A stretch of DNA of 64,000 nt from an uncultured delta proteobacterium (GTDB lineage Bacteria; Desulfobacterota; Desulfomonilia; UBA1062). The notes below the pieces were generated by a model that was not told where the DNA came from, ran no database searches, and was given only the letters and a program-made list of their open reading frames with translations. A program made the translations under genes and the position numbers. Positions 42,087-51,990 of the stretch are shown here, piece after piece (position 1 is the first letter of the stretch; every line of letters begins with the position of its first letter). The DNA is taken from positions 160,001-224,000 of the forward strand of contig CAVVYZ010000013.1 in NCBI GenBank assembly GCA_963752595.1, in the 5' to 3' direction.

Positions 42087-43445
42087 ATGCAGGAAATGGA
42101 ACTCTCGAGAGGGAGGAGAGAGCATCCGCCCTCCAGGCTTTACTTGCAGTATCTTCTGTTGGCGTTCATCTGCATGTCCTTCGGGGCTGCACCACCCTTA
42201 TTCGGCGCGTCCGATGGAGGAAAACACCTTTTTGTCCTGCAAAAAACCCGCGCCGCACTGGTGGAATATGCCCTTACGGATTTCCACGAATTGAGATCGA
42301 TCAAGCTGCCCGATGAGGCGTTCAACGAAGTGTTTAAGCCGCACGGGGAAATCAATGTCAACGGCAGCGGCCAGGTCCTGATGTCTCTCTATCCGCCGCA
42401 TCAGGGTCTGCAGCCTCTGGAATACTGGTTTGGAGACGGACAAAAATCGCAGGTCATGCCGCCCGAGGCGTCTTTGCATCGTGATGATTACGACCAGGAC
42501 GGCTACGGACTCCCCCGCCCGCTCTTGTCGGCGGATGGGAAAAGCCTGTTCTGGTTTGAGACAGCCATGAAGGTGCGGCGGCGGATAGATCGGGGCGGCT
42601 ACACAGTCCCGGAAGTAGAGGCGGTATTTCAGGTGCAGCAATCCAACCTGAAAGAGGGGAAGAAAATTCCCATAATCAAAAACATACTGCCGCCCTGTAT
42701 ATGCGAGACGGGTGTCTGCACGGAATCCTGCGCCGTCGGTCAGCTATGGTCGCCTTCGGGCATCGTGGATGATTTTTTCTTCGTTACTTACTGGATTCCC
42801 GGTCAACTCGGTTCGACTTACCAATCCACCTATCTTTTTCAAAAAGATCAGGACAAATGGGCCGGTAAAAGGCTTGAGCCGCCCTGTGAAGTCATCCTCG
42901 ACGCCCGCGATAACGGCACGATGCTCGTGGATGCCGTTCCGGACGGCGGGTGCTGCGGCTGGGTCAATGAGAGTAGTGACCTGACGTATGTCCGCCGCCA
43001 TGGGCGTAGAACAGAGATTTTCGACGAGGGCAGGAAGTATGACAATTCCGCCTACGATGTGAGCTTCTTCAGCGCCAACGCGCACCTATCCCCGGATTTA
43101 TCCATGGTTGCCCATACCATTGCCTCTTCGATGGCTGCGGACACAAAAGCGGATCAGTTTCGTTTCAGTTCCTCGGTGGAGCAAAATCGGAAAATGCGGC
43201 CGGAAGAGGTATCGAGGTTAAAGGGGATGATCAACCGCCATCCGGTAGTGGAGATCCTTGTCCTGGGCGCTTCGGTCCGGAGGCTGGCTGAAATTGAGAA
43301 GGCAACCCTGATCGGCTGGCTGAATGAAAGGGAGGTCCTGATTTTTCGTGAAAAGAAACTTGCTGTGGTCAATGTTCATGACGGGAAACTGATGAGCATC
43401 CTGCCTATCACTGCAGAAACGGCCGAAAATGTGTTTTTGAGATAG
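42087..43445 (+). CDS. Secreted hypothetical protein with Cys clusters, possibly a beta-propeller
   Basis: Hydrophobic N-terminal signal; CICETGVCTESC and GGCCGW; TolB-like LSADG and LSPD turns. Confidence 0.7.
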   Translation: MQEMELSRGRREHPPSRLYLQYLLLAFICMSFGAAPPLFGASDGGKHLFVLQKTRAALVEYALTDFHELRSIKLPDEAFNEVFKPHGEINVNGSGQVLMSLYPPHQGLQPLEYWFGDGQKSQVMPPEASLHRDDYDQDGYGLPRPLLSADGKSLFWFETAMKVRRRIDRGGYTVPEVEAVFQVQQSNLKEGKKIPIIKNILPPCICETGVCTESCAVGQLWSPSGIVDDFFFVTYWIPGQLGSTYQSTYLFQKDQDKWAGKRLEPPCEVILDARDNGTMLVDAVPDGGCCGWVNESSDLTYVRRHGRRTEIFDEGRKYDNSAYDVSFFSANAHLSPDLSMVAHTIASSMAADTKADQFRFSSSVEQNRKMRPEEVSRLKGMINRHPVVEILVLGASVRRLAEIEKATLIGWLNEREVLIFREKKLAVVNVHDGKLMSILPITAETAENVFLR

Positions 43446-43508
43446 CCATCGTTGTTCGGAAAACAGGCCTCATGACTCGATGAAAAACGGGGGATCTCCT
43501 TAAATCAC

Positions 43509-43537
43509 TTGACACAAGAGCCGCCCCTTCATATACT
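43509..43537 (+). promoter_or_regulatory. Sigma70-type promoter
   Basis: TTGACA-N17-TATACT, ~120 nt upstream of the MinD-like gene. Confidence 0.7.
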
Positions 43538-43659
43538 CCGTGCGTTCAATACGGATCCCTGTCCATACGCATTCGTCATTTTCGGCAGGAGAAGCGTCGA
43601 AAATGCGGTTGATATGATGTCGAAGTACCATAAACCTTTTGCTTCATAGGCGAAAAGGC

Positions 43660-44598
43660 ATGGAGAGTCCCGTATCCCAGATATGGCCCATCGGCGGCGG
43701 AAAGGGGGGAACCGGCAAGAGTTTCTTTACCGGCAGCCTCGGATTCCTGTTGGCCAAGCATGGATACAAGACGCTTCTCATCGATGTGGACCTGGGTGCG
43801 GCAAATCTGCACACGATCGTCGGCGTTCCCAATCCCCCCAAGAGCATCTCGGACTTCATCAACAAGCGGGTCGGTACGCTCGAGGAAACGGTCGTCTCCA
43901 CCCCCCTTCCGAACCTCTTTCTTATCAGCGGGGCGATGAACAATCTCGACATGGCCAACCTCGCCCACGAGCAGAAGATGAAGATTTTGAGGGGCGTGGC
44001 CAAGCTCTCCTATGATTACATCCTGCTGGATCTTGGCGCCGGGACTTCCTTCAACACGATCGATTTTTTCATGATCTCGAAGACGGGCATATTCATCACC
44101 ACACCCGAACCGACATCCATCGAGAACATTTACCGCCTCATCCGCTCCGTCTATTTCCGCAAGATTCATCAGGTGCTCAAGACATATGATTTCAAGGCCC
44201 TGGCCGATGAGGCGGAACGACGAAATCCGAGGGCCACCGTCAGCAATCCGGATCTCCTCCTGCAGGTCATGGGCGAGCTCGATCCGGAGAAAGGCATGCT
44301 CCTGGAGCAGGAGCTGGGGAACTTTCATTTCAAGCTGGCGCTCAATCAACTGAGGAAGCAGGACAGCCAAAACATCGGCCCCCTGATCTGCAAGATCATC
44401 GAAAAACACCTGGCCCTGCGGATGCAGCATATCGGCGACGTCGCCTTCGACGACCGGGTTCACAATGCGATCTGTAAACGGATGCCGTTCCTCGATCTGT
44501 ATCCCTATACTCAGACCGCCCTCGATCTTTGGGAATGTTGCCGTAACCTGTTGCCGGCAAAAGAGGCGCATCTGCCCCTGCAGGGGGTCGTGGACTGA
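43660..44598 (+). CDS. MinD/FlhG(FleN)-like P-loop ATPase
   Basis: Deviant Walker A GGKGGTGKS, LIDVDLGAANL, LLDLGAGTS, TTPEPTSIEN. Confidence 0.9.
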   Translation: MESPVSQIWPIGGGKGGTGKSFFTGSLGFLLAKHGYKTLLIDVDLGAANLHTIVGVPNPPKSISDFINKRVGTLEETVVSTPLPNLFLISGAMNNLDMANLAHEQKMKILRGVAKLSYDYILLDLGAGTSFNTIDFFMISKTGIFITTPEPTSIENIYRLIRSVYFRKIHQVLKTYDFKALADEAERRNPRATVSNPDLLLQVMGELDPEKGMLLEQELGNFHFKLALNQLRKQDSQNIGPLICKIIEKHLALRMQHIGDVAFDDRVHNAICKRMPFLDLYPYTQTALDLWECCRNLLPAKEAHLPLQGVVD

Positions 44599-44620
44599 TT
44601 TTGCCTGAAATGAGCCGGAC

Positions 44621-45268
44621 GTGAAACCGTTCAAAGAACAGAATTACTATGAAGTATTAGAAGTTTCCCCCGATGCGGTGCCGCTGGAAATCCGCCGCGC
44701 CTATAAAAAATCATTTACGCTTTATCAGGACGACTCTATCGCGAGCTACTCGTTTTTTTCAGAAGAAGAAAGACAAGACATCCTTTCCTGCATAGAACAG
44801 GCCTATCTGACCTTGATCAATCCCGAAGCGCGGGCGGCTTACGATCAAAGCCTCATTACATCCGGTCTCCTGGATGAAGAGAAAACATTTTGCGATAAAA
44901 CGAAGGAACCGATAGCAATCTATGATTTTCAGAAGACCCGCCAGGATAGTACGGCGTCGGCCAGGCGGTCCGATGAATTGAAGTCCCGCGCTGAACAAAA
45001 TCCGATGATTCGCGATCTCCTTACCCGGGATACCCTTGCGGGATCCGATTTGCAGAAAATCAGAATGGCCCTGGAAGTGCCTCTGGAAGTGATCGCCGAA
45101 AAGACAAACATCCGGATCGACATCCTCCGCGCCATAGAAGCGGAAAATATGGACCTCTTCCCGCCTCTGGTCTATCTGAAAGGTTTTTTAAGGTCTTATT
45201 TTCGCTGTCTTGAGTTGGATGAACGCGTTGTCCTTGATGCCTATCTCAAGAAACTGGGGCTTCATTGA
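44621..45268 (+). CDS. J-domain-like plus RodZ-type HTH protein
   Basis: NYYEVLEV...EIRRAY...AY.TL.NP..R..YD (no HPD); C-terminal G..L..IR....L..IAEKTNI.....AIE.E....P..VYLKGFLRSY...L.LD. Confidence 0.8.
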   Translation: MKPFKEQNYYEVLEVSPDAVPLEIRRAYKKSFTLYQDDSIASYSFFSEEERQDILSCIEQAYLTLINPEARAAYDQSLITSGLLDEEKTFCDKTKEPIAIYDFQKTRQDSTASARRSDELKSRAEQNPMIRDLLTRDTLAGSDLQKIRMALEVPLEVIAEKTNIRIDILRAIEAENMDLFPPLVYLKGFLRSYFRCLELDERVVLDAYLKKLGLH

Positions 45269-45271
45269 TCG

Positions 45272-46129
45272 ATGCCGCCATGGCCCCGCCGAGAAGAGAC
45301 GTACGATATGGATGCAGGACAGCCTCGGGATAGCGAACTTGAACGGGAACTGGATGGTCTCTATCGGAAGGTTGCCGGTCTCGATCCACCGGGAGACAAA
45401 CTCAACCGGACGGTATTGGAGACGAACGGGAAAACGCCTGCTGCGGCGAATATTCAAAAAACAAGTAGAGCCCGCTCCGTACAAAAAAAGCGGCGCCGAT
45501 TTCGCATTTCCGGTTTTGATTGGGTCCTTGCCTTTATCCTTTTGTCCCTTGGCGCGATTTTTATTCTCTCCATGCCGGGGATGTACCATCATGGAACCAT
45601 TCATTTCCGGGGGACTGCCTATCCGCTGAAGACCCACCGGCTGACGGGAGAAGCGCGATATTATAACGGGAAAGAATGGCTTCGACCTCCCGCCGACACC
45701 GGGGTCATTGCACTCCCGGCGGAAGCACCGAAGAATCAAGCCGCTGCGCCCCTGCCGGTCGAACCCCCACCTGTTGAAGAAAAAGGGAAGACCCTTGCGG
45801 AACTGCCTGTCGCCGATACCCCGGCGAAAGACCGACGGGGAGGATACGCCATACAGATCCGGGCGTATCCCGAAGACCAAAAGCAAAACGCACTGACGTT
45901 TCTGGAGGATATGCGGAAAAAGGCGCCCGATGTCTCGATGGAGACGGTTTCTATCCCGGGGCGCGGCGTTTGGCACAGGATCCTGCTCGGCAATTTTTCG
46001 ACGGCCGAAGAGGCCGCTGAATATCAGAAGAACGATGAAGCGGTGCGTGAACATCCCTACAGTTTTATCCAGAAAAGACAAGGGAGCGGTCCTGTTTCTG
46101 TTCCCGCCATCGGAAAGCCCCCAACCTGA
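45272..46129 (+). CDS. Single-TM protein with C-terminal SPOR domain
   Basis: TM at ~aa 82-100, Pro-rich linker, YAIQI.AY...GVWHRILLGNFST..EA. Confidence 0.8.
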   Translation: MPPWPRREETYDMDAGQPRDSELERELDGLYRKVAGLDPPGDKLNRTVLETNGKTPAAANIQKTSRARSVQKKRRRFRISGFDWVLAFILLSLGAIFILSMPGMYHHGTIHFRGTAYPLKTHRLTGEARYYNGKEWLRPPADTGVIALPAEAPKNQAAAPLPVEPPPVEEKGKTLAELPVADTPAKDRRGGYAIQIRAYPEDQKQNALTFLEDMRKKAPDVSMETVSIPGRGVWHRILLGNFSTAEEAAEYQKNDEAVREHPYSFIQKRQGSGPVSVPAIGKPPT

Positions 46130-46354
46130 TCGCGATTTTCGGGTCTTAAGAAGACAGCCCTCCGCGCGGAGGCGGCGCCTTCCGCCGTGACATACAGGAC
46201 AAGGAATGATCCGCGAACCGTCAGCGGGACCGGAATTGGGGTGTGGACTTCTCTGCTTATAAGTGATAGGCCCTGCTTCGAAGTCAAGGGCATGGTGACG
46301 ATCTTCTGATGGAACGAAAGGGGCTCTGCCTCTTTTGAGCTATTGAGAGGGAAA

Positions 46355-48346
46355 ATGAATTTCTTGGGTCATGATCTGATACGGATGGTGGTGGAGTTTT
46401 TCTCGGGAGGGATTCGGGAAGATCACGATCTTGAGGTTCGTCTCCGGATCAGGGTCATCAATATCATCAGCGCCATCGCCATCCTGGTCCTCACGTTCTT
46501 CGGGTTGACCGCCCTTGAAAAAGGGAAGTTGCCGCTGGGTTATTTTGACCTTTCCGTCGCGCTCATCTTCCTCATCACCCAAATTTATTTGAGAAAGACT
46601 GGAAATTACAATCATGTCAAATACTTCTGGGTCATCTCCACGGGTGTCCTGTTTGTCTATCTTTTCAATACCGGGGGGATAGAGCATACCGGTCACCTCT
46701 GGGCTTACATCTTCCCCTTGGTTGCCGCTTTCCTTTTAGGCGCCAGGAAGGGGGCCATGGCCATCTCCGCTTTGCTGGCCGGCGTGATCGTATTGTGGCT
46801 GGTGGATCTTTTCCAGGGAACGGCCGTTTACTCAATCAATCTGGTCGCCAGATTCCTGATTTCCTTTTCCATTATTTCCTTTTCCGCATGTTATTACGAA
46901 CACTTCCGAAATGAAACCCTGCAAAAGCTCGAAACCAGCAACCTCGAGCTGGACAGGCAGATCGCCAAACTGAAACAGGCGGAAGGGGCGCTGAAGAAAA
47001 ATCAGGAAGAGCTGGAAAGGCGGGTGGAAGATCGGACAAGGGAGCTCATCGAGTCAAATGAAGAGCTGCAGAGGGAAATAGCCGAGCATCTGAATACCGG
47101 GGAATTGCTTCGCGCCAGCGAGGAGAAGTACCGCCTCGTTTTTGATAACTCCTTCGATGTCGTCTTTTCGCTGGACGATCAGTTCAGGATGGTCAGCATC
47201 TCCCCGTCGGTGGAGAGAATCCTCGGCTACAAACCGGAGGAGATGATCGGACGGGATCTCATCGAATTGAATGTGCTCCCCTCCGGATACGTAAAAAAGG
47301 CCTTCACGCAGATCACGGAGGTGTTGGGAGGCGAGTCGATCTCTGCGTCCGATTATGAGCTGATTGCCAAAGACGGGACGGTCCTGATCGTTCAAATCAG
47401 CGGAGCCCCCATCCGTAAGCAGGGGAAGGTGGTGGGCATGAGTTCCATCGGACGCGATATCACCACCCAGAAGAAGGCCGAGGAAGTGCTTCGCCAGGCC
47501 CATGATGAACTTGAAATACGGGTTCACCAAAGAACGAGGGAATTGAAGACGGCAAACGAAGCCCTGGAAACCGCCAATCGGGTCAAGAGCGATTTTCTGG
47601 CGAACATGAGCCATGAGCTGCGGACGCCGTTGAACCATATCATGGGGTTTACGGAACTGGTGGCGAATAAACATTTCGGGGAGCTCAACGCGGTGCAGGA
47701 GGAATACCTGAGAGACGTGCTGCAAAGCAGCCATCATCTGCTTTCCCTGATTAACGACATTCTGGATCTTTCCAAGGTGGAGGCCGGAAAGCTCGATCTC
47801 AAAACTGCCGAGATTCGGCTTGGGCCGCTTCTGGAGAATAGCCTGGCCATGGTCGAGGCGCAGGCCGGAAAGGGCAGAATCCGGCTCCTGACGGAGATTG
47901 AAGACAATCCCGATACGATCCAGGCGGACGAACGCAAGCTGAAACAGATTGTTTACAATCTTCTTTCGAATGCGGTGAAGTTCACGCCGGATGGGGGAGA
48001 GGTGACCCTCTCGGCCCGTTATCTCACCTACAGGGATGACCGTTGGTTCACCCGGGAGGGGCAGCCAGTCGGGTTGCCGTGGGACAGGGATGACCTCCCG
48101 GTCCACTGCGAAAGATGGGTGCATATTTCGGTCCGGGATACAGGGATAGGCATCAAGGGTGAAGACCTGAAGCGGATATTTAATCCCTTCGAACAGGTTG
48201 ACCATTCGCTGAGCCGTCGCTATCAGGGTACGGGGCTGGGTCTTTCCGTGAGCCGTAAACTGGCGGAGTTGCATGGGGGGAAGATCTGGGCCGAGAGCGA
48301 TGGAGCAGGCAAGGGAAGCCGGTTCAGTTTTGTCATGCCGATATAG
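46355..48346 (+). CDS. Multi-TM PAS sensor histidine kinase
   Basis: About 6 TM segments, coiled coil, PAS/PAC, FLANMSHELRTPLN, NLLSNAVKFT, DTGIG, FEQ, GTGLGL. Confidence 0.93.
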   Translation: MNFLGHDLIRMVVEFFSGGIREDHDLEVRLRIRVINIISAIAILVLTFFGLTALEKGKLPLGYFDLSVALIFLITQIYLRKTGNYNHVKYFWVISTGVLFVYLFNTGGIEHTGHLWAYIFPLVAAFLLGARKGAMAISALLAGVIVLWLVDLFQGTAVYSINLVARFLISFSIISFSACYYEHFRNETLQKLETSNLELDRQIAKLKQAEGALKKNQEELERRVEDRTRELIESNEELQREIAEHLNTGELLRASEEKYRLVFDNSFDVVFSLDDQFRMVSISPSVERILGYKPEEMIGRDLIELNVLPSGYVKKAFTQITEVLGGESISASDYELIAKDGTVLIVQISGAPIRKQGKVVGMSSIGRDITTQKKAEEVLRQAHDELEIRVHQRTRELKTANEALETANRVKSDFLANMSHELRTPLNHIMGFTELVANKHFGELNAVQEEYLRDVLQSSHHLLSLINDILDLSKVEAGKLDLKTAEIRLGPLLENSLAMVEAQAGKGRIRLLTEIEDNPDTIQADERKLKQIVYNLLSNAVKFTPDGGEVTLSARYLTYRDDRWFTREGQPVGLPWDRDDLPVHCERWVHISVRDTGIGIKGEDLKRIFNPFEQVDHSLSRRYQGTGLGLSVSRKLAELHGGKIWAESDGAGKGSRFSFVMPI

Positions 48347-48592
48347 TGCGGACTGTGCCTGCCTTCTTCCATGAACGTATGCGGTATCATCGCTGATGAA
48401 GGGACCGTGATACGGCCGTTTCAAATCCCGGACGCCCGCAGGGTCTTGGAGCGGGCTTTCTTCGAATGCATGCAGAAGCGCCGGTCCGGGACCCCAGGCG
48501 TAGGTGAGTTGTTCGAGCAGGAACCGTTCAAGTCGTCACCGGGTAAAATAGAAAACAAGTTTTTTACAGAGAAACAAACATCGGGAGAACCT

Positions 48593-49441
48593 ATGAAACT
48601 GCTTACCTACCAGACGGACAAAGGGCCGCGCGTCGCTGTTCTCACCAAAGCAGGCGTGGAGGATGTCGTCCCCGAGACGGGCGACGCCTATAATATTATC
48701 GCCGCAGGCGGCACACCCAAGACCAGCGGCAAGCCAAAACCCCTCGTTTCGTTGAAACTGCTCGCCCCCATCGCCGAGCTCAAACGGCCGGTCATCGCCG
48801 TCGGTCTCAACTACAAGAAGCACTCAGACGAGGGCGCCCGCAAGCACGGCCTGCGGAAAGTGGGCGAATACCCGAAGGATCCTGTTTTCTTCTGCAAATG
48901 GTCCGGCTCGCACAACAGGCACGAGGGCGAGATCGTCCACCACGCGATCACGCGGGAACTCGATTACGAGTGCGAGCTGGTCATCGTTATCGGCAAGCAG
49001 GGGATCAACATCCCCAAAGACCGGGCCATGGACCACGTGTATGGCTACACAATCATGAACGAGGTTTCGGCCCGCGACGTCCAGCGTCGCCACACCCAGT
49101 GGTTCAAGGGCAAAGGTTTGGACACCTTCGGTCCGTTGGGTCCGTGGATCGTCACCAAGGACGAGACCGGCGATGGCAACAACCTTGCCGTCCAGAGCCG
49201 TGTGAACGGCGAGATAAGACAGAACTCCAACACCAGCGACATGATTTTCGACATCGCCACCATTGTCTCGGTCCTTTCGGAGGGCTTCACCCTCTTACCG
49301 GGCGACCTCATCGCCACGGGTACGCCCGAGGGGGTGGGCTTCGCGATGACCCCCCCCAGAACCATGAATCCGGGGGATGTCGTCGAGTGCGAGATAGAGA
49401 ACATCGGTGTGCTGCGCAACCACGTCGTCGCACCGAAATGA
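48593..49441 (+). CDS. Fumarylacetoacetate hydrolase family protein
   Basis: VGLNY..H, FFCK, LDYECEL, GYTIMNEVSARD, KG.DTFGPLGP, GDLIATGTPEGVG; ATG at 48593 after GGAG. Confidence 0.93.
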   Translation: MKLLTYQTDKGPRVAVLTKAGVEDVVPETGDAYNIIAAGGTPKTSGKPKPLVSLKLLAPIAELKRPVIAVGLNYKKHSDEGARKHGLRKVGEYPKDPVFFCKWSGSHNRHEGEIVHHAITRELDYECELVIVIGKQGINIPKDRAMDHVYGYTIMNEVSARDVQRRHTQWFKGKGLDTFGPLGPWIVTKDETGDGNNLAVQSRVNGEIRQNSNTSDMIFDIATIVSVLSEGFTLLPGDLIATGTPEGVGFAMTPPRTMNPGDVVECEIENIGVLRNHVVAPK

Positions 49442-49506
49442 AAGCGGCGGTCAGTTGGTCTGCCGTCAATCCTGAAGGTGACCCCTTTATCAAGACAATG
49501 GTGATC

Positions 49507-49564
49507 ATCGGAGGACCATGGGCAGTTGGGGAACGGTATACCCACCCATGTCCTCCGATTTTTT
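49507..49564 (+). terminator. Putative intrinsic terminator (large loop)
   Basis: ATCGGAGGA-C-CATGGG ... CCCATG-TCCTCCGAT followed by a T-run, downstream of the FAH gene. Confidence 0.55.
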
Positions 49565-49740
49565 CATCCAGCTTGCGCTTGTAGTAATGACCTACCAATC
49601 AGCCTCTACTTTACCCGCATTGATTTTCAATATTCCTTCCATTAGTTTTTTACAAAACCAGGGAGCCCGATGAATCTTCTCGAAGGGCTGTATGAGGTGT
49701 GACACGCTCCTTTATTCAGGAACTATAGGGAGGAAACCAA

Positions 49741-49959
49741 ATGGGAAGATCGCCTTATTCAAGATGTTCACGCTGTGGCGGCAATATGGTCCAGGAAAGT
49801 TTTTTTGGTCTCGATGAGCAGTTTACGGGATTGAAATGCGTGATCTGCGGGGAGGTCATCGATCCGGTGATCTTAAAGAACAGGCGCTTGATGGAAGCCG
49901 GTCAGGTGACGATCCTTCCGAAAGAGAGAAGGGCGGCGTCGGAATATATCCACGCATAA
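49741..49959 (+). CDS. Small zinc-ribbon-like protein (CxxC-x18-CxxC)
   Basis: CSRCGG...CVICGE; strong GGGAGG SD. Confidence 0.75.
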   Translation: MGRSPYSRCSRCGGNMVQESFFGLDEQFTGLKCVICGEVIDPVILKNRRLMEAGQVTILPKERRAASEYIHA

Positions 49960-50064
49960 AGACCCCGCGGCCGGACCAAAGGCAGGGAGAAACCTTTCCG
50001 GTCCATTAGGAATACCGGCCATTTCATACATGGGGGCGAGTGGACGGGGAAGGGTCTTCTTCGG

Positions 50065-51807
50065 TCACTTCGCGCGCTTCGCTTTCTCAGCCTTGCAGGA
50101 CTTCAATCTCCCGATGAGCTGCCCGTATTCCAGCGTGTTCAGCACGTCCTTTTTTTCCAGCCAGCCCCGCCGCGCGACGGAAACGCCGTAGATCATGAAG
50201 TCATACTGGCTGATGACGTGCATGTCGGTACTGATGACGAACGAGATGCCGTACTCTTTCGCCAGCTTGACCTGCGCGTCGTTCAGGTCGAGCCGCAGGG
50301 GATAGGCGTTGATCTCCATGGCCACGCCGCACCGTGCCGCCTCTTTGAGCACAGCCTCCAGATCGACATCGTAGGCGTCGCGCTCGCCGATGAGCCGGCC
50401 CGTAGGATGGGCGATCACGCTCACGCAGGGGTTCCTGATCGCCGACAGGAGCCGTTTCGTGATCTGTTCCCGCGGTTGTTTGAAGCCCGAGTGGATGGAC
50501 GCCACAACGATGTCCAGGCTTGCAAGTGCGTCGTCGGACAAGTCGAGCCTGCCGTCCGACCGGATGTCAACCTCTGTCCCTTTCAAGAGGGTGAAGCCCG
50601 CATGCCTCCTGTTTGTTTCGTCGATGAGTTTGATTTCTTCTGCGAGCCGCGCCTCGTCGAGGCCGTGGGCGATGCCGAGCCCCTTGCTGTGGTCGGTGAT
50701 CGCGATGTACCGGTAGCCCCGCTTCCGTGCCCCCTCCACGATGGCGTCCAGGTCGTGGCTTCCGTCGGACCACTTCGTGTGGACGTGGAGATCGCCCTTG
50801 ATGTCCCCGATCGTCACGAGGTCGGGAAGGGTTCCCTTTTCGGCGGCCTCGATCTCCCCCGTGTCTTCCCTCAGCTCGGGCGGGACAAACGGCAACTGAA
50901 GGGCCTTGTAAACGTCCGCTTCTTTTTCCCCGCCGATCTTCTTTTCTTCGGGCTCCGTGAACACGCCGTACTCGTTGATCTTGAGCCCGGCGCGCACCGC
51001 CCTTTCGCGGAGCTTGATGTTGTGCTGCTTGTTGCCGGTGAAGTACTGGAGGGCGGCGCCGAAGGAATCCTCCTCCACGACGCGCAGATCCACCTGGATG
51101 CCGTCCTCGGCGATGATCGATGATTTCGTCGGCCCCTGGGCGAGGATGCGGCTGACGTGCGGGAGTTTCACGAAGGCCTCCATGACCTCTTCGGGCCGCC
51201 GGGAAGTACAGAGGATATCGATGTCGTTCACCGTCTCCTTCCACCGCCTGATGCTCCCGGCAACCACGATCTGGCCGACGGACGCCCCGTCCCTGACCCG
51301 TCTGACGATGTCCTCGGCGAGGGGCAGCACCCTGCCGAGCGGACGGCGCTCGCTCCCGCGTTTGATCAGCTCTATTCCCTGCAATATATTTTCTTCGGTT
51401 TTCTTCTGGATGCCCGGCAGGCCGGCGAGTTCCCCGGCGCGCGTGGCGGCTTCCAGTTCCTCGATGCCCGTGATCTTCTTTTTTTCGTAGAGCAATTTGG
51501 CCGTCTTCGGCCCGAGGCCGGGCACGCGCAGCAGTTCGAGCACGCCTGCGGGGATTTCCTTCTTCAACTCCTCGTGCTTGGCCACTTTCCCCGTCGCAAG
51601 GTACTCGTGAATCTTTCCCGTGAGGTCCTTTCCGATACCGGGGATCGCCGCCAGCTCCTCCTCGGACATGTCGGCAAGATCCCTGGGAAGCCCGTCGATG
51701 TTCTGGGCGGCCCGGCGATACGCCCTGACCCGGAAGATGTTTTCTTCCTTGAGTTCGAGAAGCTCTGCAATCTCGGTGAATATTTTCGCAATCTGCCGGT
51801 TTTTCAT
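50065..51807 (-). CDS. polX: DNA polymerase X family with PHP domain
   Basis: FRVRAYRRAA, HhH motifs (IPGIG, VPGLGPK, LPGI), GSIRR..ETV.DID, QVDLR, YFTG; PHP motifs DLHVHT, TDHS, AHPTGR, EIN, TDMH. Confidence 0.96.
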   Translation of the reverse strand: MKNRQIAKIFTEIAELLELKEENIFRVRAYRRAAQNIDGLPRDLADMSEEELAAIPGIGKDLTGKIHEYLATGKVAKHEELKKEIPAGVLELLRVPGLGPKTAKLLYEKKKITGIEELEAATRAGELAGLPGIQKKTEENILQGIELIKRGSERRPLGRVLPLAEDIVRRVRDGASVGQIVVAGSIRRWKETVNDIDILCTSRRPEEVMEAFVKLPHVSRILAQGPTKSSIIAEDGIQVDLRVVEEDSFGAALQYFTGNKQHNIKLRERAVRAGLKINEYGVFTEPEEKKIGGEKEADVYKALQLPFVPPELREDTGEIEAAEKGTLPDLVTIGDIKGDLHVHTKWSDGSHDLDAIVEGARKRGYRYIAITDHSKGLGIAHGLDEARLAEEIKLIDETNRRHAGFTLLKGTEVDIRSDGRLDLSDDALASLDIVVASIHSGFKQPREQITKRLLSAIRNPCVSVIAHPTGRLIGERDAYDVDLEAVLKEAARCGVAMEINAYPLRLDLNDAQVKLAKEYGISFVISTDMHVISQYDFMIYGVSVARRGWLEKKDVLNTLEYGQLIGRLKSCKAEKAKRAK

Positions 51808-51990
51808 GATGCCCTCCGGTCAATTGAGTTTCACCCGCCGTGAGCACGAGGAGAGAAAAAGGGAGCGATGGGTCCCCTGACGGCGAGCACTGCCTTAGCC
51901 GATCGGGAAATCAGCCGAAGCAGTGAATCGGTGCCGAAGGCAGGATTATACAATGAAAAGGAGGGTAAAGCATGTAATAAATGAAGGGTG

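Noticed and set aside
48380-48430. CTGATGA flanked by short stems as a hammerhead ribozyme
   Set aside because: No correctly placed GAAA or stem III.
48371-48592. N-terminal extensions given by the ORF track (FAH from 48371, rnj from 5335, 11787 ORF from 12941)
   Set aside because: Better SD-associated starts lie downstream and the extensions lack family similarity.
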